A DNA stretch of 19,402 nucleotides from NCBI GenBank assembly GCA_040386535.1, contig JAZKFH010000031.1, positions 1 to 19,402 of the forward strand. The letters are read 5' to 3'. Source of the stretch: Myxococcota bacterium. Lineage in GTDB: Bacteria > Myxococcota_A > UBA796 > SXON01. A program made the translations under genes and the position numbers. Below the pieces are notes generated by a model. It did no database searches and had not been told where the DNA came from. It saw only the letters and a program-made list of their open reading frames with translations. Shown piece by piece: positions 7,465-15,830 of the stretch (its first letter is position 1; every line of letters begins with the position of its first letter).

Positions 7465-9240
7465 GTGCTCGCCCTCCTCCTCGTCCCGTTCGCGCTCGCC
7501 GGCCGCGTGGAGCGCGTCACCGAGCTGCAGACCGCCGGTGAACACGCCGAGGTGATCGAGACGGTCGGCAAGTGGGAGAAGGGTGGGTCCCTCGGGGACG
7601 AAGCCGCGGCGCTCATCGCGTTGCGTGACCGCTCGGCGCTGAACCTCGCGCTCGCCGCGCGCACCGTCGAGGCGCTGCGCCGGTACCGCCAGGACTGGCC
7701 CCAGAGCACGCTGCTGGAGGAGGCCCTCCGCGCCGAGTGGGAGGCGGCGTTCGCCGCGGCCCAGGAGGACGGCTCGGCCGCGGCGATGAAAGCGTACGTC
7801 ACGACGTACCCGAACAGCACCTTCCGCGCGCAGGCGCTCGCGGTCGAGGTGGGCCTCGCGTTCCAGGAGGCGAGCGCGATCGGCACCCCCGCCGCCATCG
7901 CGGCGTTCACCGAGGCGCATCCCGACAGCCCGTACGCCGCGACCGCGTGGGAGTCCCTCGCGGCGCGCACGCCGGGCATCCACGTGCGCTTGTCGGACGG
8001 GCTCCCGCAGGCGCTCGAAGGGGTCCCGGTGGTGGACGGCTTCGTGCAGTTCCCGTCGCGCCTCGTGATGGCGCCCGCGCGCCCCGTGGTGGCGGTCAAC
8101 CTGCCCGGCACGGGCCGCGGCGGCACCTCGGAGTGGTGGAGCCTCGTGGCGCTCGGTCCCGACGGTGCCGTGGGCGTGGAGCCCCCAGTCGGGCGCCGGC
8201 TGAAGGAGGCCGTGGGGGCCTCGATCCCCGAGCTGCTCACGCTCGAGCCGCTGCCGGGCGTGCACTCCGCCCGCGTCGCGGCGCCCTCGTGGCCGCTGGT
8301 GGCGCCGGGCGCGTGCGAGGGGTTCGCGCGCTTCGCGTACGTGCTCGTGGCGGAGGGCAAGCAGACGGCGTTCCCTTTCGCGGTCACCTGCCCCGATCTC
8401 GCGGGCGCCCCCGCTTCGAACTCTGCCGTCGCCGAGCTCCTCGCCGCCGTCTCGCTCGCCGAGGCGGGTGATCCGTTCGGCGCGGCCGAGCGGTGGGAGG
8501 GCGTGGCGAAGCAGCCCGACAGCGCGCGGCTCCTGACGTGGCTCGAGACGGTCGCGCCGGATCCGCGCACCACGCTGCTCACCCGGCGCCCCGCGATGGG
8601 CGACGTGCTCGTGTGGGACGGCACCACGACGGCGTGGTGGCACCGCGCCGAAGGCGGCCCGATCGAGCTCGCGCGGCGCGAGGGGCTCTGGGTGGCCGAC
8701 AACGCGCACCTGTGGTCCTGGGCGCCGCGCGTCGAGCCGTGGGCCGCGCCGGCCGCCGGGCGGTGCAAGGCGGCCACCGGAGAGCGGCAGGCCGCCACGC
8801 TGATCGACGTTTCGGGGGCGGAGCGGGGGGCCGAGCGGGGGGCCGAGCGGGTGGACGTGCCCTTCACCGTCACGCCGCGCGCGGGCTCGTTGACGCCGAA
8901 GCGCGTGGGCACCGGTGGCATCGAGGTCGAGGAGGCGCCCGAGGAGAGCGGCTGTGGGCCGGCTGCGCCGATCACCCCGCGGACGATCCCGCTCCCGATC
9001 CTGGCGGCCGACACGGAGCCGGCCACCGCGCCGCCCGCCTGGGCCAGGGTCACGATCGCCGAGGCGCCGGGCGCCAGCGTGGTGTCCCGCACGCCCCGAG
9101 CCCTGTTCGCGGCGTTCACCGCGCCCGTCGTGACCGCGGCGGCCACGCCTTCGGTCGAGGCCCCCGCGCCCCCGGAGGCCGCGCCCCCGGCCGAAGCCGC
9201 CGCCGCGCCGCCCCCGCCGGTGGACGGCGCGCCGCCGTAG
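7465..9240 (+). CDS. Secreted hypothetical protein with N-terminal TPR-like helical repeats and Pro/Ala-rich tail
   Basis: Short signal peptide MLALLLVPFALA. Three repeats of the type A.(Y/F)...(W/Y/H)P.S....A (EALRRYRQDWPQS, AMKAYVTTYPNS, AIAAFTEAHPDS). Strong GC3 bias. Confidence 0.82.
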   Translation: MLALLLVPFALAGRVERVTELQTAGEHAEVIETVGKWEKGGSLGDEAAALIALRDRSALNLALAARTVEALRRYRQDWPQSTLLEEALRAEWEAAFAAAQEDGSAAAMKAYVTTYPNSTFRAQALAVEVGLAFQEASAIGTPAAIAAFTEAHPDSPYAATAWESLAARTPGIHVRLSDGLPQALEGVPVVDGFVQFPSRLVMAPARPVVAVNLPGTGRGGTSEWWSLVALGPDGAVGVEPPVGRRLKEAVGASIPELLTLEPLPGVHSARVAAPSWPLVAPGACEGFARFAYVLVAEGKQTAFPFAVTCPDLAGAPASNSAVAELLAAVSLAEAGDPFGAAERWEGVAKQPDSARLLTWLETVAPDPRTTLLTRRPAMGDVLVWDGTTTAWWHRAEGGPIELARREGLWVADNAHLWSWAPRVEPWAAPAAGRCKAATGERQAATLIDVSGAERGAERGAERVDVPFTVTPRAGSLTPKRVGTGGIEVEEAPEESGCGPAAPITPRTIPLPILAADTEPATAPPAWARVTIAEAPGASVVSRTPRALFAAFTAPVVTAAATPSVEAPAPPEAAPPAEAAAAPPPPVDGAPP

Positions 9241-9354
9241 CGGGGGCGCCGCCGTTCCCAGCCGCCTCCCGTGCGGATCGTCGGCGGGCGCGGGGGCCGG
9301 AGGCGCGGAACGGAGACCACTCGTGATAACTTCTTGACAACTGGACGAGCCCCG

Positions 9355-12300
9355 ATGCTCCTGCCGCTCCTGTTCGCGTGCGTGGACCCGCCGGAAACGC
9401 CCTCGGTGTCGTCTCCGCACAAAGAGCTCGACCCCGCCCATCCGCCGGGGCCGCTCCTCACGCTCGTCGAGCCCGCGGCGGGGTTCGTGGTGACCGAGGG
9501 GGACATCGTCGTGGCGCGCGCGGCGTGGGTCGGGCGCGAGTCGACGGTGGCGTGGACGGTGAACGGCGCGGCCGTGCCCGGCTGCACCTCGGCCGACGAG
9601 CTGACGTGCACGATCTCGAACCTGACGGTGGGCTCGGTGGAGATCTGCGTGGCCGCGGAGAGCGTGGATCGATCGTGCGCGGCCGGCCGCGTCGATCCGT
9701 GCACCGCGTCGCTCTGGTACCCCGACTTCGACGGTGACGGCTTCGGGAACACCTCCGCCGCCGCCCGCTCCTGCACCGCGCCGGTGGGCGCCGTGCGCAG
9801 CGGTGGGGACTGTGACGACGCCGATCCCACCATCCACCCCGACGCCACCGAGGTCTGCAACGCCGCGGACGACGACTGCGACACGCTCCCCGACAACGAC
9901 GCGATCGACGCGACCGTGTGGTACCGCGACGCGGACGGCGATGGCCACGGTACCCCCGCCGACGGGGTGCGCGCGTGTGCGCCGCCGACCGGGCACGTGG
10001 CGCTCGCGGACGATTGCGACGACACCGACCCCACCGTGAGCCCCGACCGGCCCGAACTCTGCAATGGGGAAGACGACAACTGCGACGGCGCTGTCGACGT
10101 GGACGCGGTCGACCTTCGCACCTGGTACGCCGACGCGGACGCGGACGGCTACGGCGACCGCGCGGCGGCCTCGTTCGCGTGCGCGCCCTTCGCCGGCACG
10201 GTGGCGGACGCCACGGACTGTGACGACACGCGCGCCGTGGTTCACCCCGGCGCCGCCGAGCTGTGCAACGACCTGGACGACAACTGTGACGGCGCTACCG
10301 ACGAGCCCGAGGCGGACGACGCGGCCAGCTGGTACGCCGATGACGACGGAGACGGCTTCGGCGACCCGACCGTCAGCATCCACGCCTGCCACCCGCCGGG
10401 CGGGTTCGCCGCGAGCGGCGCCGACTGTGACGACACCGACGCCGCGGTCAGCCCCGCCGGCGTCGAGACGTGCGACGGGCGCGACGAGAACTGTGACGGC
10501 GCGACCGACGGGCCCGAGGCCGTGGACGCGGCACGGTGGTACGCCGACACCGACACCGACGGCTTCGGACTCGCCGCGGACTACATCCTGGCCTGCGCGG
10601 AGCCCGCCGACCGCGTGGCGAGCCACGACGACTGCGACGACAGCCGGGCCAGCGTGAATCCCGCCGCGACCGAACAATGCAATGGTCACGACGACAACTG
10701 CGATGGCTGGACCGACGAGCCGGACGCCGCCGACGCGCTCACCTGGTACGCCGACACCGACGCCGACGGCTTCGGCGACGCCCTCGTCCCCAGGTTCGGG
10801 TGCGCCGCGCCCCCCGGCACCGTGGCGGACGCCACCGACTGCGACGACCGCGCGTACTACGTCCACCCGGACGCGATCGAGACGTGTGACGACGTGGACG
10901 AGAACTGTGACGGGCGGGTCGACGAGGCCGAGGCGCTCGACGTATCCACCTGGTACGCCGATACCGACGCCGACGGCTTCGGGGACGCCGGCAGCTGGGT
11001 TGTCGAGTGCGCGGCGCCAGACGGCTACGTCCGCGGCGCGACCGACTGTGACGACGCCGACGCCACCGCCTGGCCTGGCGCCACCGAGCGGATCGACGGC
11101 ACCGACGACGACTGTGACGGCACGATCGACGAGGTCTCCGCCCCGTGGCAGACCGATCTAGTGCAGAACGGCGGGTTCGAGCTCGGCGACCTGACCGGCT
11201 GGACCCACGAGTCCGGCGGCTGCGAGGTCGTGGACGACCGCGATCTCGATTGGATCGCCGCCTACGAGGGCGACTACATGCTCCACGGCGGCACCAGCGT
11301 CACCACGGACTGCCTCGTGTCCCAGGAGCTCGACCTGACGGCCCTCGGGATGGCCGCCGAGGATCTGGACTCGGGCCACGTCGCGGTCGACGCGCTCGGG
11401 GTCCTCGCGCACGAGATGAGCTCCGAGTGGTTCCACATGCCGTCGGCCTTCGACCGCACCCTGCTGCGCGTGGTCTACGTCTCCGACTCCGGCGAGGAGC
11501 TCGGCTCGCTCCGCACCCTCCTCTCCCAGGACGACGGGTGGGCGGTCCGCGGCGTGACCGGGGTCTTGCCCGTGGGGACGCGGATCCTGCGCGTGGAGCT
11601 CCAGGGCATGCTCCGCAAGGGCATCGACGTCGACGCCGTGGCGGACGCCGTGTCCCTGTCCGTGGGCCCGATCACGCCCAGCAGCCCCACGATCACCAAG
11701 CTCCCCTTCCTGCAGGACTACCGCCAGGACGCCATGCGCCTGCTCTGGGAGACCGACGCGAACCGCGCCGTGCACGTCGTGGAGTGGGCCCCCACCGGAG
11801 AGGCGCTCACGAACACGGTCACGTTGGTGGACACGGTCGAGGTCGACGCCACCCACCACGTGCACGTCGCCACGATCGAGGGCCTGTCCGCCGGCACCGA
11901 GTACGACTACCGCGTCGGCTCCGGGGACACCTGGTCCCGCACCTACACGTTCCGTACCGCCCCCGCGGCCGGCGAGCCCTTCAACATCGGGTGGGTGGGC
12001 GACAACGAGTGGGGAACCCACGTGTTCACCGGGCTCCTCCAGGGCATGCTCGCCCGCGATGTCGACCTGTACATGTCCACCGGCGACGTGGTGTGGAACG
12101 GAGACGAGGTCGCCGATTGGGCGGGGGAGTGGTTCGCCCCGCTCGAGGCCGCGTCCAACTTCAGCCAGACCCACCCGGTGCTGTTCGCCCGTGGCAACCA
12201 CGACGATCACCACGCCCTCTCCTACGCGTACAGCGCGCTGCCGGGCCCCGATCCCGACTGGTACTCCTACACCTACGGCAACATCTTCTTCGTCGTGCTC

Positions 12301-12759
12301 GACTCGGACTCTCCGTCCGATCAGGATCTCCCCCAGCTCTCCCAGATGGAATACCTCCAGACGGCCCTCACGTCGGATGAGGCGTTGCTGGCGGATTTCC
12401 GCATCGTGACCTTCCACCATGCGCCCTACACCGCCGCACGCCACGACAACGCGTCGGTGGGCATGTTGGGCGCGCAGGCCGACTGGGTCGAGATCTTCGA
12501 GGACAACGACGTAGACCTGGTGATCTCCGGCCACTACCACAGCTACCAACGGGGGGAGCAGAACGGGGTGACCTACCTCATCGTCGGCGGTGGCGGCGGG
12601 TGGCTGGACGACCGGCCCACGGGGCTCTACCCCTTCATGAGCGTGGTCGAGCAGGTGCACCACTACGCGATGATGGAGGTCGACGGCCCGAACCTCACGT
12701 GGACCGCGTTCGACGAGGACGAGCTCGTGCTCGACACGTTCTCGCTCACGGCGGAGTAG
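9355..12759 (+). CDS. Large lipoprotein: 7 MopE-type metal-binding repeats + galactose-binding-like domain + FN3/PAP N-terminal domain + calcineurin-like metallophosphoesterase
   Basis: Lipobox MLLPLLFAC at ATG 9355. Seven WY.D.D.DG.G...DCDD...P...E.C...D.NCDG repeats. LVQNGGFELGDLTGW domain start. Catalytic motifs VGD, GDVV, GNHD, FHH, GHYH. Confidence 0.92.
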   Translation: MLLPLLFACVDPPETPSVSSPHKELDPAHPPGPLLTLVEPAAGFVVTEGDIVVARAAWVGRESTVAWTVNGAAVPGCTSADELTCTISNLTVGSVEICVAAESVDRSCAAGRVDPCTASLWYPDFDGDGFGNTSAAARSCTAPVGAVRSGGDCDDADPTIHPDATEVCNAADDDCDTLPDNDAIDATVWYRDADGDGHGTPADGVRACAPPTGHVALADDCDDTDPTVSPDRPELCNGEDDNCDGAVDVDAVDLRTWYADADADGYGDRAAASFACAPFAGTVADATDCDDTRAVVHPGAAELCNDLDDNCDGATDEPEADDAASWYADDDGDGFGDPTVSIHACHPPGGFAASGADCDDTDAAVSPAGVETCDGRDENCDGATDGPEAVDAARWYADTDTDGFGLAADYILACAEPADRVASHDDCDDSRASVNPAATEQCNGHDDNCDGWTDEPDAADALTWYADTDADGFGDALVPRFGCAAPPGTVADATDCDDRAYYVHPDAIETCDDVDENCDGRVDEAEALDVSTWYADTDADGFGDAGSWVVECAAPDGYVRGATDCDDADATAWPGATERIDGTDDDCDGTIDEVSAPWQTDLVQNGGFELGDLTGWTHESGGCEVVDDRDLDWIAAYEGDYMLHGGTSVTTDCLVSQELDLTALGMAAEDLDSGHVAVDALGVLAHEMSSEWFHMPSAFDRTLLRVVYVSDSGEELGSLRTLLSQDDGWAVRGVTGVLPVGTRILRVELQGMLRKGIDVDAVADAVSLSVGPITPSSPTITKLPFLQDYRQDAMRLLWETDANRAVHVVEWAPTGEALTNTVTLVDTVEVDATHHVHVATIEGLSAGTEYDYRVGSGDTWSRTYTFRTAPAAGEPFNIGWVGDNEWGTHVFTGLLQGMLARDVDLYMSTGDVVWNGDEVADWAGEWFAPLEAASNFSQTHPVLFARGNHDDHHALSYAYSALPGPDPDWYSYTYGNIFFVVLDSDSPSDQDLPQLSQMEYLQTALTSDEALLADFRIVTFHHAPYTAARHDNASVGMLGAQADWVEIFEDNDVDLVISGHYHSYQRGEQNGVTYLIVGGGGGWLDDRPTGLYPFMSVVEQVHHYAMMEVDGPNLTWTAFDEDELVLDTFSLTAE
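9715..11130 (+). repeat. Intragenic ~207-bp (~69 aa) repeats, 7 copies
   Basis: tggtac (WY) recurs at about 9715, 9919, 10123, 10330, 10537, 10744 and 10951, each followed by DxDxDG and DCDD motifs. Confidence 0.9.
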
Positions 12760-12784
12760 ACCCGCGTCCGGTTAGAGCCGACCG

Positions 12785-14356
12785 ATGCTCACGTCCGGGT
12801 TCCTCCTCCCAGCGCGGCTCCTACTCCCGGGGCGCCTCCTGCTCGCGCTCCCGCTGCTCGTGTTGCTGGCGGGCTGCGCGGCGAACCGGCTGTACCGGGA
12901 CGGCGAGACGCTCGCCCAGGCCGGCGCCTCCTACGAGGCCGCCATCCGCTACCTCGACGCGCTCGACGAGGCGCCCCAGTACGCGATGGCGCACGAGGGC
13001 CTCGCATCCGTGCAACGCGACGCCTACACCGCGAAGCTCGCGGAGGCGCGGCTCGCGGAGGCCCGTCGGGACTGGGCCAAGGCCCTGACCGCCTACGGCG
13101 AGCTCGACGTGCTGCTCACCCGCATCGCCGCCCACGGCGCGGTCGGCTTCCCCACGATCGATGTCGCCGAGCGGATGGCGGCCACCCAGAACCACGCCGC
13201 GGACGAGCACTACGCCGCCGCGGAGGCAGCGCAGATCGATGGCGCGTGGGCGGACGCGATCGCGGGGTGGCGGTCGGCCCAGGCGCTCGTGGCCGGGTAC
13301 CGGGACACGGAGGCCCGCATCGGCGGCGCGTACTTCGCCTGGGCCACGATGGACGAGGGCGCGGGGCGCTGGCGGGCGGCCACGGGCCACTTCGTCGACG
13401 CGGCAAAGAGCGGCCACGCCGAGGGGAACGCGCGGGCCGCCGCCGTGTACGCCGCGCTCGGCAACGCGTTCGTGTGGTCGGGCAATTGCCGCCAGGCCGT
13501 GCGGGACCTGCGCGCCGCCCGGGACCTCGTGGCGCCCCTGCCCGCGGCCGCGGCCACCGTTAAGGAGGATCTCGAGGCCGCCGAGAGCTGCGCCGTCTCC
13601 ACCGTGGTGTTGCTCCCCTTCGAGAACGCCACCCGCCAATCGCCCGGCGGCATCGCGCTGAACGAGGCCGCGGCGGACGGGCTCGCGGCCTCTCTCCGCG
13701 CGGGCGCGAGCGGGTTCGTGAAGCTGCTCGAGCGCACCGCCGTGGACCAGATCAAGGAGGAGCAGGACCTCTCCGCGAAGCGCACCGGCGTGGCCGGCCA
13801 GCTGACGCGGGCGCACTGGCTGGTCATCGGGAAGCTCACGCAGGTGCGGGTCGTGGCGCCGGCGACCACCGCCACCGCGAGCACGATCGTGGGCCGCACG
13901 GCGTCGACCTGCCCCGAGACCCGCACGGACGGCACCACCACGACCGTGGCGTGCCTGAAAGACGTGCCGGTCCGCTATGTCGACCACGTCGGCCGCGGCG
14001 AGGTGCGGCTCGCCGGCAGCGTGCGCGTCATCGACTCCCGCACCGGCGTGCAGACGGCGCTCCTGCCCTTCAACGTCCAGAAGGCTGCCGACGTGCACTG
14101 GGCCGACGGGTTCGTGGGCCCGGACGGCCGCCCGGTCACCCTCGTGGCGGACGGCGCCCCGCCGACCGTGGCGGTGCAGGTGCCCCCCGCGCTCCTCGCG
14201 CTGGAGAAGGCGAGCCGCACGCTCCCCGACGAGGGCCAGCTCGTGCACGCCGCGCTCGATCTGCTGTACGCCGAGACCACGAAGGGCGTGTTGCTCGTCA
14301 TCGACGCCGATCCGCCCGCGCCCGACCCCGCCACGTTGGTGGTCACGGCGCTCTGA
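12785..14356 (+). CDS. Lipoprotein with TPR-like N-terminal region and CsgG/HfaB-like (TolB_N-type) C-terminal domain
   Basis: Lipobox LLAGC, Ala-rich helical repeats, then VVLLPFEN...FVKLLERTAVDQIKEEQDLS...AHWLVIGKL...VRVIDSRTG, typical of the CsgG/HfaB/FlgO-like fold. Confidence 0.8.
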   Translation: MLTSGFLLPARLLLPGRLLLALPLLVLLAGCAANRLYRDGETLAQAGASYEAAIRYLDALDEAPQYAMAHEGLASVQRDAYTAKLAEARLAEARRDWAKALTAYGELDVLLTRIAAHGAVGFPTIDVAERMAATQNHAADEHYAAAEAAQIDGAWADAIAGWRSAQALVAGYRDTEARIGGAYFAWATMDEGAGRWRAATGHFVDAAKSGHAEGNARAAAVYAALGNAFVWSGNCRQAVRDLRAARDLVAPLPAAAATVKEDLEAAESCAVSTVVLLPFENATRQSPGGIALNEAAADGLAASLRAGASGFVKLLERTAVDQIKEEQDLSAKRTGVAGQLTRAHWLVIGKLTQVRVVAPATTATASTIVGRTASTCPETRTDGTTTTVACLKDVPVRYVDHVGRGEVRLAGSVRVIDSRTGVQTALLPFNVQKAADVHWADGFVGPDGRPVTLVADGAPPTVAVQVPPALLALEKASRTLPDEGQLVHAALDLLYAETTKGVLLVIDADPPAPDPATLVVTAL

Positions 14357-14373
14357 CCCGATAAAGGCCGCGG

Positions 14374-15795
14374 ATGCTCCTCCTCGTGTCGGTCCTCGGA
14401 TGCAGCGGCGACCCCGCCCCTGACAAGGACGACACGTCGGCGGCGGTGTCCGTCCACTCGCTCGCGGACGCCGATGCCAGCTTCCTCGGCGCCTCGTCCA
14501 ACGGGGCCGGCAACGCGGTCGCGTTCGCGCCCACCCCCGACGGCCACGCCGCGGTCGCCGTGGGCGCCACCTACACCAACGAGGTGTGTGTCTTCGCGGG
14601 CGCTCCGGCGGCCGGCACGTACGCGTTGGCGTCAGCGGGCGCGTGTTGGGGCACCGACGCCCAGGCGGACTTCGCGGGCTACGCGCTGGCGGGCGGCGAC
14701 GACCTGGACGGGGACGGCGCCGGGGATCTGCTGGTGGGCGCGATCGGAGACGCCTCGCGGGGCGCGAGCGCTGGCGCCGTCTACCTCCTCGCCACCCCCG
14801 CCGTCGGCGGTGTCCAGGACCTCCGCGACGCCCGCACGACCCTGCTCGGCGAGAACCCCGGGGACTACGCGGGGCAGGGCGTCGCGTTCGCCGGCGATGT
14901 CGACGGGGACGGCACGCCGGATCTCCTCCTGGGCGCCTCCTCCAATGACGTAGGGGGCAGCGGCGCGGGCCGCGCCTACCTCGTGCGCGGCCCGATCGCC
15001 CGCGGCACGGTGCTGCTCTCCGACGCCGAGGTCAGCATCTCCGGCAGCGGGGTCGTCGGCAGCGCCCCGCCACACGGCGCCCCGGTCGAAGGGGACGGCG
15101 TGGGCGTCGTGCTCGCCGGCGCGGGCGACATGGATGGCGACGGCCTCGCCGACCTCGCCCTCGGCGCCAACGGGAGCGACCGCGGTGGTCTCGACGCGGG
15201 CGCGTTCGTGATCTTCCTCGGCCCGGTGCCCGACGGCGCCCTGACCCTCGACGACGCCGACCAGCTCTACCTCGGCAACGCCGTCTCCCAGTTCGCGGGG
15301 GACGCCGTGGCCGCCGCGGGGGATCTGGACGGGGACGGCCTCGCCGACGTGCTCGTGGGCGGGAGCCTGGGGCCGGGCACCACCTGGATCGTACCGGGCC
15401 CGGGGGTCGCGGGCACGTCCACCCTGGCGGACGCCGCCACCTCCCTCGTGGGCGAGGCCGAGCAGGACTACGCGGGCGCCGCCGCCGCGGGCGCGGGGGA
15501 CCTCGACGGCGACGGGTGGGCCGACGTGGTGGTGGGCGCGTACGGGTCGGACCGGACGGCCACCAACGCGGGCGCGGTGTACCTCGCGCACGGCCCCTTC
15601 TCGCCCGGGGTGCACGCCCTGGCCGACGCGGGCACGGTGTGGCTGGGCGAGGCCGACGAGGACAACGCCGGCCGCGCCGTGGCGGGCGGGGCGGACGCGG
15701 ACGGAGACGGCCTGGCCGACGTGCTCGTGGGCGCCCAATACAACGACGGCGCCGGCAGGGACGGCGGAGCGGCGTACCTGGTGCTCTCGGAGTAG
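14374..15795 (+). CDS. FG-GAP / integrin-alpha repeat beta-propeller lipoprotein
   Basis: Lipobox MLLLVSVLGC. About 7 repeats of AG.AVA.AGDLDGDG.ADLLVGA......GAVYL. Confidence 0.92.
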   Translation: MLLLVSVLGCSGDPAPDKDDTSAAVSVHSLADADASFLGASSNGAGNAVAFAPTPDGHAAVAVGATYTNEVCVFAGAPAAGTYALASAGACWGTDAQADFAGYALAGGDDLDGDGAGDLLVGAIGDASRGASAGAVYLLATPAVGGVQDLRDARTTLLGENPGDYAGQGVAFAGDVDGDGTPDLLLGASSNDVGGSGAGRAYLVRGPIARGTVLLSDAEVSISGSGVVGSAPPHGAPVEGDGVGVVLAGAGDMDGDGLADLALGANGSDRGGLDAGAFVIFLGPVPDGALTLDDADQLYLGNAVSQFAGDAVAAAGDLDGDGLADVLVGGSLGPGTTWIVPGPGVAGTSTLADAATSLVGEAEQDYAGAAAAGAGDLDGDGWADVVVGAYGSDRTATNAGAVYLAHGPFSPGVHALADAGTVWLGEADEDNAGRAVAGGADADGDGLADVLVGAQYNDGAGRDGGAAYLVLSE

Positions 15796-15830
15796 CGGCG
15801 ACCCGCACCCATGGTATGGTCGCGTCCTCC

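Noticed and set aside
7323..10866. Very long minus-strand ORFs (932 and 1176 aa), and similar ones at 1901-3445, 11158-12663, 12821-14248 and 15468-16946
   Set aside because: Antisense shadows of GC3-biased genes, with low-information composition and no motifs, while the + strand has clear domains.
12785..14356. Naming this gene csgG as part of a curli operon
   Set aside because: Only fold-level motif similarity, an extra TPR-like region, and no csgA/B/E/F-like neighbours.
15516..15815. N-terminal extension of the multicopper oxidase in the ORF track
   Set aside because: Overlaps the FG-GAP gene in another frame and is Arg/Gly-rich noise. The lipobox follows ATG 15816/15831.
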